From Paludibacteraceae bacterium (GTDB taxonomy: Bacteria; Bacillota; Clostridia; Lachnospirales; Lachnospiraceae), in the NCBI GenBank assembly GCA_963628035.1, contig CAVGED010000015.1:1397-65396 (forward strand): a stretch of DNA of 64,000 nucleotides. Direction: 5' to 3'. The position numbers were made by a program, and so were the translations under genes. The notes beneath the pieces are model-generated. The model did no database searches. It was not told the origin of the DNA and saw only the letters and a program-made list of their open reading frames with translations. Shown piece by piece: positions 8,981 to 17,677 of the stretch (positions are counted from its first letter, which is position 1; every line of letters starts with the position of its first letter).

Positions 8981-11512
8981 TTAAAAACCCTGCTCCGTTC
9001 TTCGGATGATATCGTCCTGCAGTGACTTAGAAAGCGTCGTGAACAGCGCACTGTAGCCTGCCACACGCACTACCAGGCCTTTATACTTGTCCGGATTCTT
9101 CTGGGCATCCAGAAGCGTTTCCCGATCCACCACATTGAACTGCATATGGCTTCCCTTCTGATCGAAGTACCCCCGAACCAGAGCCACGAAATTCTCCAGC
9201 CCCTTCTGTCCTGCCAATGCCGACGGATGGAACTTCTGATTAAACAGCGTTCCGTTGGAGGCTATGTAATGATCCAGCTTTGACACGGAATTAGCCGCCG
9301 AAGTGGGTCCGTGGGTATCCTTTCCCGCGGAAGGTGATACACCGTCTGCCACCGGCGTGTTAGCGTACCGTCCGTCCGGCGTAGCTCCGGTCTGTGCTCC
9401 CAAAGGCACATTGGCCGACACCGGATACAATCCTGCCTGGAACTGTCCGCCCCGCGGATTCCTGTATTTTTCCAGAGGACGTGTGTAGGTATAAGCCGCA
9501 TCCCTGGCCATTGCATCCACCTGTGGGATGTCGTTGCCGAACTTCGGTGCTTCGGACAGTAGCTCGCGAATCTCTTCGTAGCGCTCACGGTTTTTGCTGT
9601 TCTCTTCCTGAACCATCGCTGTCACTGCACCTGCGATCTGCTCCATATCGGAAGCTGTCACGCTCCTGCCATTTTCTGCGATCTCACCTACAATTCTTGC
9701 CGTGATCTCCTTTACGGAATCCTCCGAAAGACCTTTCCCGAAATTATGCTCCAGTGCGGCCTTCAGCTCTTCCATAGTAATCTTCTTCTGCTCATAGACC
9801 AGCGTCTTGATCGCATATAAGGAATCCGCCACATTCGCAATGCCAAAGCCCTGCGGCCCGGTAAAGTTATAAACAGCTCCGCCCTCCTGGACGCTCTCTC
9901 CTCTGCCGATGCAATCCTCCACCATACCGGAAAGGAATGGAAGCGGGCAGCGCTCTCTGTGCGCCATATCGATGGCATTATCCGCGTTGACCATCAGAGA
10001 GATCATGTACTCCATCTGGGTTTTATAAGCATCATAGAACTCCTGAAAGCTCTCCATCCCAGTCACATCGCCGGTCTCTCTTCCTATCTGTTCATTCTTG
10101 TCCCAGCCGTTGGAAAACACCAGCTCCAGAGGTCTGCACATATTGAAAAATGCTGCGTCATGCCAGCCGTCCGTCTTCCCGGACTTCTGGGGTTCTACAC
10201 ATCCGATGATGTTGTATTCTCTGGCATCCTGCAAGGTCAGCCCCCGGCTCATCAGTGCCGGAATGATCACTTCATCATTATAGTAGGCCGGCAATCCGAT
10301 CCCGGTTCTGGTCAGCTCCGCTGCCTTCAGCAAAAGCTCCTGGGGGCTCTTGTTCCACACCCGGATTGACAGGGATGGCTGTGGCAGGAACACATGATGA
10401 CTGGCCTCAATACACATAAAGGAAAGGTCATTGGTCACATCCCCCCCGTCCTTATCCTGGCCGCCTACGATCAGGTTCTGGAACATACTGTAGCCGGCGA
10501 AGCCTTCTGCGCTGGCCGCATCCCTGGCTTTATTGAGGTCGTTGAGCTTCACCCAGACGCAGTCGATAAGCTCCTGTGCCTCCTCTATTGTGATCCTTCC
10601 GGCATCCATATCCTTCTTATAATAAGGATACATATACTGGTCAAACCGTCCCGGAGAGATGGAGTGCCCGCTGGACTCCACTTGAAGCAACAGTTGTACG
10701 AACCAGAAGGACTGACAAGCCTCCCAGAAAGTGGTCGCTCCCTTTTCTGGCACATTTCGACAGTTTTTCGCGATCATCAGAAGCTCCTGCTTTCTTGCCG
10801 GATCTGACTCCTTTGCCGCCTCTGTCTCTGCCAGCGCCGCATAGCGCCTCGCATATGTAATGGCCGCATCACAACTTATAATGACCGCCTGCAGGAACTG
10901 GGAACGTCTGCAGTAATCCGCATCGCCCACATTCATAGCTTCCAGTGCCTTAACAGCTCTCTGACGTATTCCGGAGAATCCCTCCTTTAGCACCTCGCCG
11001 TAATTCACTGTCACATGGCCGATTCCGTTGTAGAAATAATTGCCGGGCGTGAAGATATTGTGAGCGATCGCATCCCTGGCCTCAGGTGCCATATACGATT
11101 CGGCTAATTCGCTGGTAGTTCTGCCCTTCCAGTAAGGATAAACCCGGCGGAGTGTCTCCTTGGTCTCTTCCGAGATATGGAATGGATCTGCCGATCTCGT
11201 CTCGATGGTATCAAATTCCTTCTCCAACCATTCCCAGGAGAATTCCGGGAACACCTGGCAGCTTCTGGGAGCTTTGGTACTGCTCCCCACCACAAGCTCC
11301 TCCGGCCGGATGGTAATAGGCAGCCCTTCGCATATATGCGCGAAGGCTTTGGCTCTGCGCATGATGATAGGTTCTCCCTCTGTGGCCTGATAGGACTCAG
11401 TCAACAGTACAGCGCGGTCAGCCTCGATCTGCGGCATATTTTCGAACAGATGCTCCACCAGTCGCTGGATACGAGGAGACTTCGTGATCTCTCCATCGTA
11501 GTATTCCGTCAT
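8981..11512 (-). CDS. glycyl radical enzyme, probable B12-independent 1,2-propanediol dehydratase
   Basis: 843 aa. Thiyl-Cys loop IIGCVEPQ. C-terminal glycyl radical motif VVRVAGYSALF. Substrate assigned from context only (rhaA, rhaB, aldolase, pduP, pduL, BMC shell). Confidence 0.8.
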   Translation of the reverse strand: MTEYYDGEITKSPRIQRLVEHLFENMPQIEADRAVLLTESYQATEGEPIIMRRAKAFAHICEGLPITIRPEELVVGSSTKAPRSCQVFPEFSWEWLEKEFDTIETRSADPFHISEETKETLRRVYPYWKGRTTSELAESYMAPEARDAIAHNIFTPGNYFYNGIGHVTVNYGEVLKEGFSGIRQRAVKALEAMNVGDADYCRRSQFLQAVIISCDAAITYARRYAALAETEAAKESDPARKQELLMIAKNCRNVPEKGATTFWEACQSFWFVQLLLQVESSGHSISPGRFDQYMYPYYKKDMDAGRITIEEAQELIDCVWVKLNDLNKARDAASAEGFAGYSMFQNLIVGGQDKDGGDVTNDLSFMCIEASHHVFLPQPSLSIRVWNKSPQELLLKAAELTRTGIGLPAYYNDEVIIPALMSRGLTLQDAREYNIIGCVEPQKSGKTDGWHDAAFFNMCRPLELVFSNGWDKNEQIGRETGDVTGMESFQEFYDAYKTQMEYMISLMVNADNAIDMAHRERCPLPFLSGMVEDCIGRGESVQEGGAVYNFTGPQGFGIANVADSLYAIKTLVYEQKKITMEELKAALEHNFGKGLSEDSVKEITARIVGEIAENGRSVTASDMEQIAGAVTAMVQEENSKNRERYEEIRELLSEAPKFGNDIPQVDAMARDAAYTYTRPLEKYRNPRGGQFQAGLYPVSANVPLGAQTGATPDGRYANTPVADGVSPSAGKDTHGPTSAANSVSKLDHYIASNGTLFNQKFHPSALAGQKGLENFVALVRGYFDQKGSHMQFNVVDRETLLDAQKNPDKYKGLVVRVAGYSALFTTLSKSLQDDIIRRTEQGF

Positions 11513-11581
11513 TTTTTCACATCCTTTCCGATTTTATTTGTTTTTGTTTGTTTTTATTTGTTTTATGTTCGTTTCACATTC

Positions 11582-11610
11582 ATTATACGTCTGTTTTTCT
11601 GATACGTCAA
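11582..11610 (-). promoter_or_regulatory. sigma-A type promoter TTGACG-17-TATAAT upstream of the GRE gene
   Basis: Reverse complement reads TTGACG tatcagaaaaacagacg TATAAT. It is followed by an A-rich leader of about 60 nt and a GGAAAGGA RBS. Confidence 0.6.
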
Positions 11611-11710
11611 TAGGATTTCAACAGATATACAACATATATTCCATCAAAAATTCCCGGCGCGATTATCGGGATACTATAATACACACCGGGATTTTTTACC
11701 ATTTTATGAT

Positions 11711-12970
11711 TTATCTCTTGGAGAGAACCTCTTTCTCGTACTTCTTGATCTCTTCAAACCAGGCAGTGTCTCCGGCTACGCCGCAGCGGTCACAGTATTC
11801 TGCCCACACATCGCCGAAGGGATAGGTCTTCATCTCCTCCTGCATTACCATCAGCTCTGTCATCTGATTGGTATCCTGAAGCTCGGCAAGCTTCTCATTG
11901 GGCGTGCAGAGCGCCATCAGCAGTGCCTTCTGCCAGCTACGGAAGCCAACGGTCCAGGCAGAGATACGGTTGATGCTGGCATCGAAGTAATCCAGCGCCA
12001 TGTATACGCGACCCAGAGCGTTATTGCGAACGATCTCCTTGGCCATCTCTCTGGTCTCATCGTCAAACAGTACCACATGGTCGCTGTCCCAGCGGATGGG
12101 ACGTGTAATATGCAGTGCGATCTCCGGGAAGAAGCACAGAAGCGCCGGAATCTTATCGGAAACCACCTCGGTGGGATGATAATGTCCGTTGTCCATCAGC
12201 GGCATACACTTTTCCTTGTGGGCAGCTGCGAAGCTTAAGGTAAACTCAGCACTTCCAACGGTGTAAGCTTCCACGCCGATACCAAACACCTTGGACTCCA
12301 CGCAGGGCTTTACCTTGTTAAAATCATACGGCTCGGACAGGATCTGCTCGATGGAATCCTTATAGCGCATTCTGGGACCCATACGGTCAGCCGGGATATC
12401 CTTGAAGCCATCACCAGTCCAGATATTCATGACACAGGGGATTCCTGTCTCCTCTGCAAAATACTGGGAGATGCGGATGCAGGCCTTGCCATGCTCGATC
12501 CAGAACTTCCGTGTCTCCTCATCCGGGCTTGACAGGGTCAGACCATCCTTCACTCTCGGATGTGAGAAATAGGTGGGGTTAAAGTCGATTCCCATATGAT
12601 GCTTCTTGGCGAATTCCACCCATTTTGCGAAATGCTTCGGCTCCAGCTTGTCCCGATCCACAAACTCTCCCGGCTCGAAGATGGCATAGCTGGCATGAAG
12701 GTTCAGCTTTGCTTTTCCAGGCACAAGGCTTAATACCTTCTCCATATCCTCCATCAGTTGTTCCGGTGTCCTAGCCTTGCCGGGGTAATTGCCGGTAGTC
12801 TGGATACCTCCGGTCAGTGGGCCGTCATGGTCAAAGCCGGTGACATCGTCTCCCTGCCAGCAATGAAGGGAAACCGGAAGTCCCTTCAGTGTCTCGATGG
12901 CTTTCTCAGTGTCTACGCCCAGCCTGGCATAGGCTTCCCGGGCAGCTTCGTAACGTTCTTTGTTCGTCAT
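11711..12970 (-). CDS. rhaA: L-rhamnose isomerase
   Basis: 419 aa. SLHCWQGDDVTGF motif and overall length typical of RhaA. Confidence 0.85.
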   Translation of the reverse strand: MTNKERYEAAREAYARLGVDTEKAIETLKGLPVSLHCWQGDDVTGFDHDGPLTGGIQTTGNYPGKARTPEQLMEDMEKVLSLVPGKAKLNLHASYAIFEPGEFVDRDKLEPKHFAKWVEFAKKHHMGIDFNPTYFSHPRVKDGLTLSSPDEETRKFWIEHGKACIRISQYFAEETGIPCVMNIWTGDGFKDIPADRMGPRMRYKDSIEQILSEPYDFNKVKPCVESKVFGIGVEAYTVGSAEFTLSFAAAHKEKCMPLMDNGHYHPTEVVSDKIPALLCFFPEIALHITRPIRWDSDHVVLFDDETREMAKEIVRNNALGRVYMALDYFDASINRISAWTVGFRSWQKALLMALCTPNEKLAELQDTNQMTELMVMQEEMKTYPFGDVWAEYCDRCGVAGDTAWFEEIKKYEKEVLSKR

Positions 12971-13083
12971 GATTGATCTCTCCTTATATTATATAAATTT
13001 TCATATCTGTTACTGCAAGAATTACTATATATAAAATTATAAAATTCCACGGATTGCTTCGCTTTCACACGCTTCAATATGTA

Positions 13084-14481
13084 TCAATACTTCTTTATTT
13101 CAAAGGAATGATAGATGCAGGTTCTGGCTTCCTCTACGGTCTTGAACTCGCCCTCTTTCAGCATCTGGGCTGTGAGGTTTCCGATGGCGGTAGCCTCGGT
13201 GGGGCCTGCATGGACTTCCTTGCCGGTGTACTTAGCGGTCAACTGGTTCAGATAAACGGCATTGGCACCGCCGCCCACCACATGGATACGGCTGTAGGTC
13301 CGCCCCATGATATGTTCGATCTGCTGTGCGGTTCTGGCATAGCATTCTCCCAGGCTGTTGTAGATAACTGCTGCGATCTGTCCCGGCGTTTCCGGCACTG
13401 CCTGATCGGTATCCCGGCAATAGCGCTGAACCTCAGCGATCATATTGGCCGGAGCCAGGAAGCAATCGTCGTCCACTTCCACTCTGGACTTGAAATCGTC
13501 ACACCCGGCAGCCATGTCGCAGAGCTCCGCAAAGGAATACTTGTTATCAAGCTCCTTCTTGACATTCTGGATCATCCAGAGTCCCATGATATTCTTCAGA
13601 TAACGGAAACGGTAATCGTAGCCGCCCTCGTTGGTGATATTCGCTTTCTTGCTCTCCATAGAGCAGTTTGCCTTCTTCGTCTCGATTCCCATCAGAGACC
13701 AGGTTCCAGAACTGATGTAAAGGAAATCATCATCGTTGGCGGGTACGCTTAAGACGGCGGAAGCAGTATCGTGTGTTCCCGGCAGCACCACATTGCAGTT
13801 AAACCCAACCGTTTCCTGAATCTCCGGTTTAAAGCTGCCCACCAGAGTTCCCGGCGTATGGATCGGAAGGAACATCTCACGATTATAGCCCAGCATGTCG
13901 ATGAGTTCATAATCCCAGTCCTTTGTCTCCGGATTCACCAGCTGTCCGGTGGTGGCCATGGTATACTCCTGCATCTTCACACCGGTCAGCAGGAAATGGA
14001 AGTAATCCGGTGTCATCAGCATGGCCTTCGCCTTGTCCATATATTCCGGATGTTCACACTTTACTGCCATCAACTGATAGATGGTATTGAAGATTGCCTT
14101 CTGGATGCCGGTCCGTGCGTACAGATCATCCTCGGAGATGATCTCATAGACCTTGTCATCCATTCCCTTAGTCCTGCTGTCACGGTATCCCACAGGGTCA
14201 CCCAGAACCTGATCGTTTTCATCAAGGAGAACGAAGTCAACACCCCAGGTGTCGATTCCCATGCTCACCGGGATCTTGCCGATCTCCTTGCACTTCTTAA
14301 TCCCAGCCAGAATATTCGCAAAAAGTACTTCGTGATCCCAGCAGAGGTGTCCGTTTTTCTCCTTCATTCCGTTCTCAAAACGATAGATTTCTTCCAGCTC
14401 CATCTTGCCATCCCGGATGCTCCCCAGGATATGACGGCCGCTGGAAGCGCCAATGTCAATGGCTAAATAATAGTTGCCCAT
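13084..14481 (-). CDS. rhaB: rhamnulokinase (FGGY family)
   Basis: 465 aa. AIDIGASSGR N-terminal and HVVGGGANAVYLNQ C-terminal FGGY motifs. Adjacent to rhaA. Confidence 0.85.
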   Translation of the reverse strand: MGNYYLAIDIGASSGRHILGSIRDGKMELEEIYRFENGMKEKNGHLCWDHEVLFANILAGIKKCKEIGKIPVSMGIDTWGVDFVLLDENDQVLGDPVGYRDSRTKGMDDKVYEIISEDDLYARTGIQKAIFNTIYQLMAVKCEHPEYMDKAKAMLMTPDYFHFLLTGVKMQEYTMATTGQLVNPETKDWDYELIDMLGYNREMFLPIHTPGTLVGSFKPEIQETVGFNCNVVLPGTHDTASAVLSVPANDDDFLYISSGTWSLMGIETKKANCSMESKKANITNEGGYDYRFRYLKNIMGLWMIQNVKKELDNKYSFAELCDMAAGCDDFKSRVEVDDDCFLAPANMIAEVQRYCRDTDQAVPETPGQIAAVIYNSLGECYARTAQQIEHIMGRTYSRIHVVGGGANAVYLNQLTAKYTGKEVHAGPTEATAIGNLTAQMLKEGEFKTVEEARTCIYHSFEIKKY

Positions 14482-14511
14482 GATGCTTCTCCTTCCCTTT
14501 TCGTAAGCATT

Positions 14512-14539
14512 GTTCAGCCTGCGCCCGTTCTGGCTGAAC
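14512..14539. repeat. short palindromic REP/MITE-like element, family GTTCAGCC...GGCTGAAC (copy A)
   Basis: gttcagcc-tgcgcccgttct-ggctgaac. Related copies at 26891, 57581 and 60053. Confidence 0.7.
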
Positions 14540-14575
14540 TTATATGTAAGTTAGTATACCGTTTTTTCGGGCATA

Positions 14576-14614
14576 AAATAAGGACGGTATTTTACAAAAT
14601 TACCGTCCTTATTT
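14576..14614. terminator. 14-bp-stem hairpin, possible bidirectional terminator between the regulator region and rhaB
   Basis: aaataaggacggta-ttttacaaaat-taccgtccttattt. T-rich flanks on both strands. Confidence 0.45.
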
Positions 14615-14637
14615 GCGATTTTTGATTTCACTTGCTA

Positions 14638-14665
14638 TTTGGCGGGATAAAAATTTCCCGCCAAA
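14638..14665. other. 10-bp-stem GC-rich hairpin of unknown role upstream of the small peptide gene
   Basis: tttggcggga-taaaaatt-tcccgccaaa. No U-tract on either strand. Confidence 0.4.
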
Positions 14666-14755
14666 CGAAATGGTGTTTCCGAAGAAAATGTATTACTATT
14701 GAATCACGGATCGGATATAGCGCTATATACCCCGTCAGAATGGAGGTGAATCAAA

Positions 14756-14902
14756 ATGAACATGAGAAAATCTATAATTGCTTTCGCAATGATCGCGGCA
14801 ATTCTTGCCGCAGGCATCCTGCTTCCGGCATCTGACAATGCATGTAGCGCTGACGATACGGTTGTTGCCTATTTCCCTTGGGACATGATTGAGGGCACTT
14901 AA
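14756..14902 (+). CDS. unannotated 48-aa secreted pro-peptide, candidate signalling peptide precursor
   Basis: GGAGGTG RBS 7 nt before the ATG. MNMRKSIIAFAMIAAILAAGILLPASDNACSADDTVVAYFPWDMIEGT has a basic n-region, a hydrophobic h-region and a polar C-terminal part. It is below the 60-aa ORF-track cutoff. Its stop codon overlaps the stop codon of the convergent TPR regulator. Confidence 0.6.
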   Translation: MNMRKSIIAFAMIAAILAAGILLPASDNACSADDTVVAYFPWDMIEGT

Positions 14903-15816
14903 TCAAGTTCCAGATGATACTTAATTGCTATTTCATCCTTTATATGCTTTGCTGACCCCTCTTTCTCGCATATATTGAAGAGCGTAACCGCCTGATGAAA
15001 TAGCAATTTTGCTTCATCCTGTTTATGCATCTCATAAGCTGCACAGGCCTTATTACTAATCAGATACGGCAGTACTGCCAGCTTATTATGTTTTACACAA
15101 TAATGAATCCCCACACTGCTGATCCGATATGCTTCCCAGTGGTTTCCCACCTCTTTTCCGATTCTCCAGGCGATGTTGTTTAGAATCATCGGATACTTCT
15201 TCGCCTTCTCTTCCTCATCGATCACATGCTCTTCCAGATAATCCTTCAATTCATACAGCAATTTCAAGCCGCGCTCCTGCTGTCCCATATTGTAGTATTC
15301 CAGAGCAATGCTGTTGAGAACCGTGATCTCATCGAAGGTAAGCAGCCGGTTCCTGATATTTTTCCGTTCCTCAAAGTCCGACATTGTCAGTCGGATCGCC
15401 TCCAGCAGCTTCTCTAAGACCACCTCACTTGGCTCGCCATTCCGCTTCATCATACTGGCCTTGGCAAAGATCAGATACTGCTTCTCCAGGACATCCGAGT
15501 CGCTTATTCTGCTCTCCAGTTCCTGTATCAGAGCATCTACACTGGTATAATCCTGACTCTCCAACCTCCAGGCCAATTCCTGTATCAAGCGGTAGATCTC
15601 CATCTCCCGCTTGCTGACAAATGCACTGTAAATGGACATCGACATGCCCATCCGCTGCATGAGTGCGTCAAAGACACGTTTGCTTGGAACCTGTGAGTTG
15701 TTCTCGATCCGCGACAAGGACGATGTACTGCAGATGCCAAAGCTCAGCGCCTCCTGCGAATAGCCACGGGCTTCCCTGGTATCAAAGACCATGTCTCCAA
15801 TCGTGTAATTCGCCAT
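14899..15816 (-). CDS. XRE-family HTH regulator with C-terminal TPR-like domain (RNPP/Rgg-like architecture)
   Basis: The N-terminus MANYTIGDMVFDTREARGYSQEALSFGICSTSSLSRIENN is an XRE HTH. The remaining roughly 230 aa are helical-repeat (TPR-like). The start was moved to the ATG at 15816, which has a purine-rich RBS; the track start at 15846 has none. Confidence 0.75.
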   Translation of the reverse strand: MANYTIGDMVFDTREARGYSQEALSFGICSTSSLSRIENNSQVPSKRVFDALMQRMGMSMSIYSAFVSKREMEIYRLIQELAWRLESQDYTSVDALIQELESRISDSDVLEKQYLIFAKASMMKRNGEPSEVVLEKLLEAIRLTMSDFEERKNIRNRLLTFDEITVLNSIALEYYNMGQQERGLKLLYELKDYLEEHVIDEEEKAKKYPMILNNIAWRIGKEVGNHWEAYRISSVGIHYCVKHNKLAVLPYLISNKACAAYEMHKQDEAKLLFHQAVTLFNICEKEGSAKHIKDEIAIKYHLELD

Positions 15817-16142
15817 TCTTCCACTTCCTTTTCCTAAGTATTTCATTCATGGCAACCGGAAGCTCAAAAATCGTGCTTCCTATTGTTGAAAATTTTTTCA
15901 ACCGCCATTATACGAAAAAAAGGACTGTATAAGTGCAAATTTTGCCCGATTTGCAAATCGCATTGGCTATTCGTATATTTTATGAAGTTTGTCCATTCAA
16001 CAATGCAAAATATTTTTTCTGCTTGTCAGGCTTGTCTTTACAGTGTCAAATTTTAGTGGTATCATTACAGAAAGAGGAAGTATAAGGCATTGCATTTAAA
16101 TCGCATGACAAAAAGTACAATCACTAGAACAGGAGGTACACC

Positions 16143-16688
16143 ATGCCACTACCCAAAGAACAAATCCACACCACTGAAGATATCTACGCCCTACCGGAAG
16201 GACAGCGTGCGGAGCTGATCGACGGCCAAATGTACATGATGGCCCCGCCAAACACAAACCATCAGCGCCTTGTTATGAACCTCTCTGCCGAAATACGGGA
16301 TTACATTAGAAGAAATCATGGATCCTGTGAAGTATTTCCTGCTCCATTTGCCGTTTTTCTGAATGAGGACGATACAAATTACGTTGAACCGGATATCAGT
16401 GTCATTTGTGACAGGGATAAACTTACAGACAACGGCTGTGTCGGTGCTCCGGATTGGATCATCGAAATTGTTTCTCCTTCAAGTACCAGAATGGATTATT
16501 TCGTAAAGCTATTCAAGTATCGTACTGCCGGTGTCCGTGAATATTGGATTGTCAACCCCATGAAAAAGACTGTCCAGACCTACTCCTTTAAGGGAGAAGA
16601 AGACTCTAACCAGTATTTCTTTCAGGATGACATTCCATGTACCATTTATAAAGACTTAATCATCAATATTGATCGCCTGCTGCAGTAA
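16143..16688 (+). CDS. Uma2-family (DUF820) PD-(D/E)XK-like endonuclease
   Basis: 181 aa. The pattern ...RAELIDGQMYMMAPPNTNHQRL...EPDISVICD...PDWIIEIVSPSS is typical of Uma2 proteins. AGGAGG RBS. Confidence 0.75.
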   Translation: MPLPKEQIHTTEDIYALPEGQRAELIDGQMYMMAPPNTNHQRLVMNLSAEIRDYIRRNHGSCEVFPAPFAVFLNEDDTNYVEPDISVICDRDKLTDNGCVGAPDWIIEIVSPSSTRMDYFVKLFKYRTAGVREYWIVNPMKKTVQTYSFKGEEDSNQYFFQDDIPCTIYKDLIINIDRLLQ

Positions 16689-16699
16689 GAGTGTACTGC

Positions 16700-17665
16700 T
16701 CACCGCCACTCGTCCCGGTACTTCTTCGGTGTCATTCCATACCGTTCCCGGAAGATCCGGTGGAAATAGCTGGTGTTGTCATAGCCAACTGCCAGAATGA
16801 TCTCCTCCACCGTTAGTCTGGTTGTCGTCAGCAAAAAGGACGCCTGATTCAGACGCTTCTGCTGCAGAAGCTGCTGGAAATTCATGTCGGAGTTTTTCTT
16901 GATAAAGCGGCTTAGTCCTGTCACAGACTGATTCATCAGCTCCGCCAGTTCCGTCAGCGTCCCTTCTTTATAATTCTCCTCAATATAGCGCAGCACCGTA
17001 AACATCATATTCTGCTCGTACTGCCTCGGATTACTCCCTTCGATACGATCCGTATAGTTGGCCAGCTGCAGCATCAGCAGCCCCATGGTGGTCTGGTTGA
17101 TATTGCGGACATTTCCCTGCTTATGTACCAGCGACCAGATCATGTTCTCAATGAGATTCTGTACCGGAAGAACATCAGCCACCTTGAAATAGATGTAATC
17201 CCTTCCGTCACCATTCTGCTTTAAGCTTCCCACAAGAAAGTCCCGGATCACATTCTCCTCCTCCACCATCTCGAAGGCTTTGTCGAAGAATTCCGGCAGC
17301 ACAATAAAATTCACAGCGATATCGTCCTCTCTTGCCGGATAGATCTCATGCGAAGTATTCCGGTTTAAGAACAACAGATCTCCTTTATTCAGAACGACCT
17401 TCTCGCTTCCGTTTATGATGTGAGTGGTCGTTCCCGAACACATGTAAATGATCTCGATATAGTCGTGGCTATGCCTTGGAAAATGGATAAAGCGGGTATG
17501 TATACGGATGTCGATGAGTTTTCCCCGCTCCAGCATACGCTTTCCGTTGATGACAAACTCCCGCCGCCCCGTATAGATACTCCGTTCAACCTCCGTCTTC
17601 CCCTCCAGGATATCCTGCTCCTCCGGGGAGATTTCTTTTAATTGTGCCAATAATTCCTGCTGCAT
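16700..17665 (-). CDS. AraC-family regulator (N-terminal cupin, C-terminal double HTH), 12 nt downstream of jetC
   Basis: 321 aa. Cupin-like FPRHSHDYIEIIYMCSGTTTH. C-terminal ...GYDNTSYFHRIFRERYGMTPKKYR AraC signature. GAGGATAAGGG RBS. Confidence 0.85.
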   Translation of the reverse strand: MQQELLAQLKEISPEEQDILEGKTEVERSIYTGRREFVINGKRMLERGKLIDIRIHTRFIHFPRHSHDYIEIIYMCSGTTTHIINGSEKVVLNKGDLLFLNRNTSHEIYPAREDDIAVNFIVLPEFFDKAFEMVEEENVIRDFLVGSLKQNGDGRDYIYFKVADVLPVQNLIENMIWSLVHKQGNVRNINQTTMGLLMLQLANYTDRIEGSNPRQYEQNMMFTVLRYIEENYKEGTLTELAELMNQSVTGLSRFIKKNSDMNFQQLLQQKRLNQASFLLTTTRLTVEEIILAVGYDNTSYFHRIFRERYGMTPKKYRDEWR

Positions 17666-17677
17666 AACCCTTATCCT

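Noticed and set aside
8981-11512. The GRE could be a choline TMA-lyase, pyruvate formate-lyase or glycerol dehydratase.
   Set aside because: Its neighbours are rhaA, rhaB, a class II aldolase and PduP/PduL-type enzymes inside a BMC locus, which points to 1,2-propanediol. Substrate specificity cannot be proven from motifs seen by eye, so the call is contextual.
14632-14835. The 67-aa ORF-track ORF in the regulator/rhaB intergenic region.
   Set aside because: It has no RBS and an odd basic composition. A different frame contains the 48-aa ORF with a strong RBS and a signal-peptide-like sequence.
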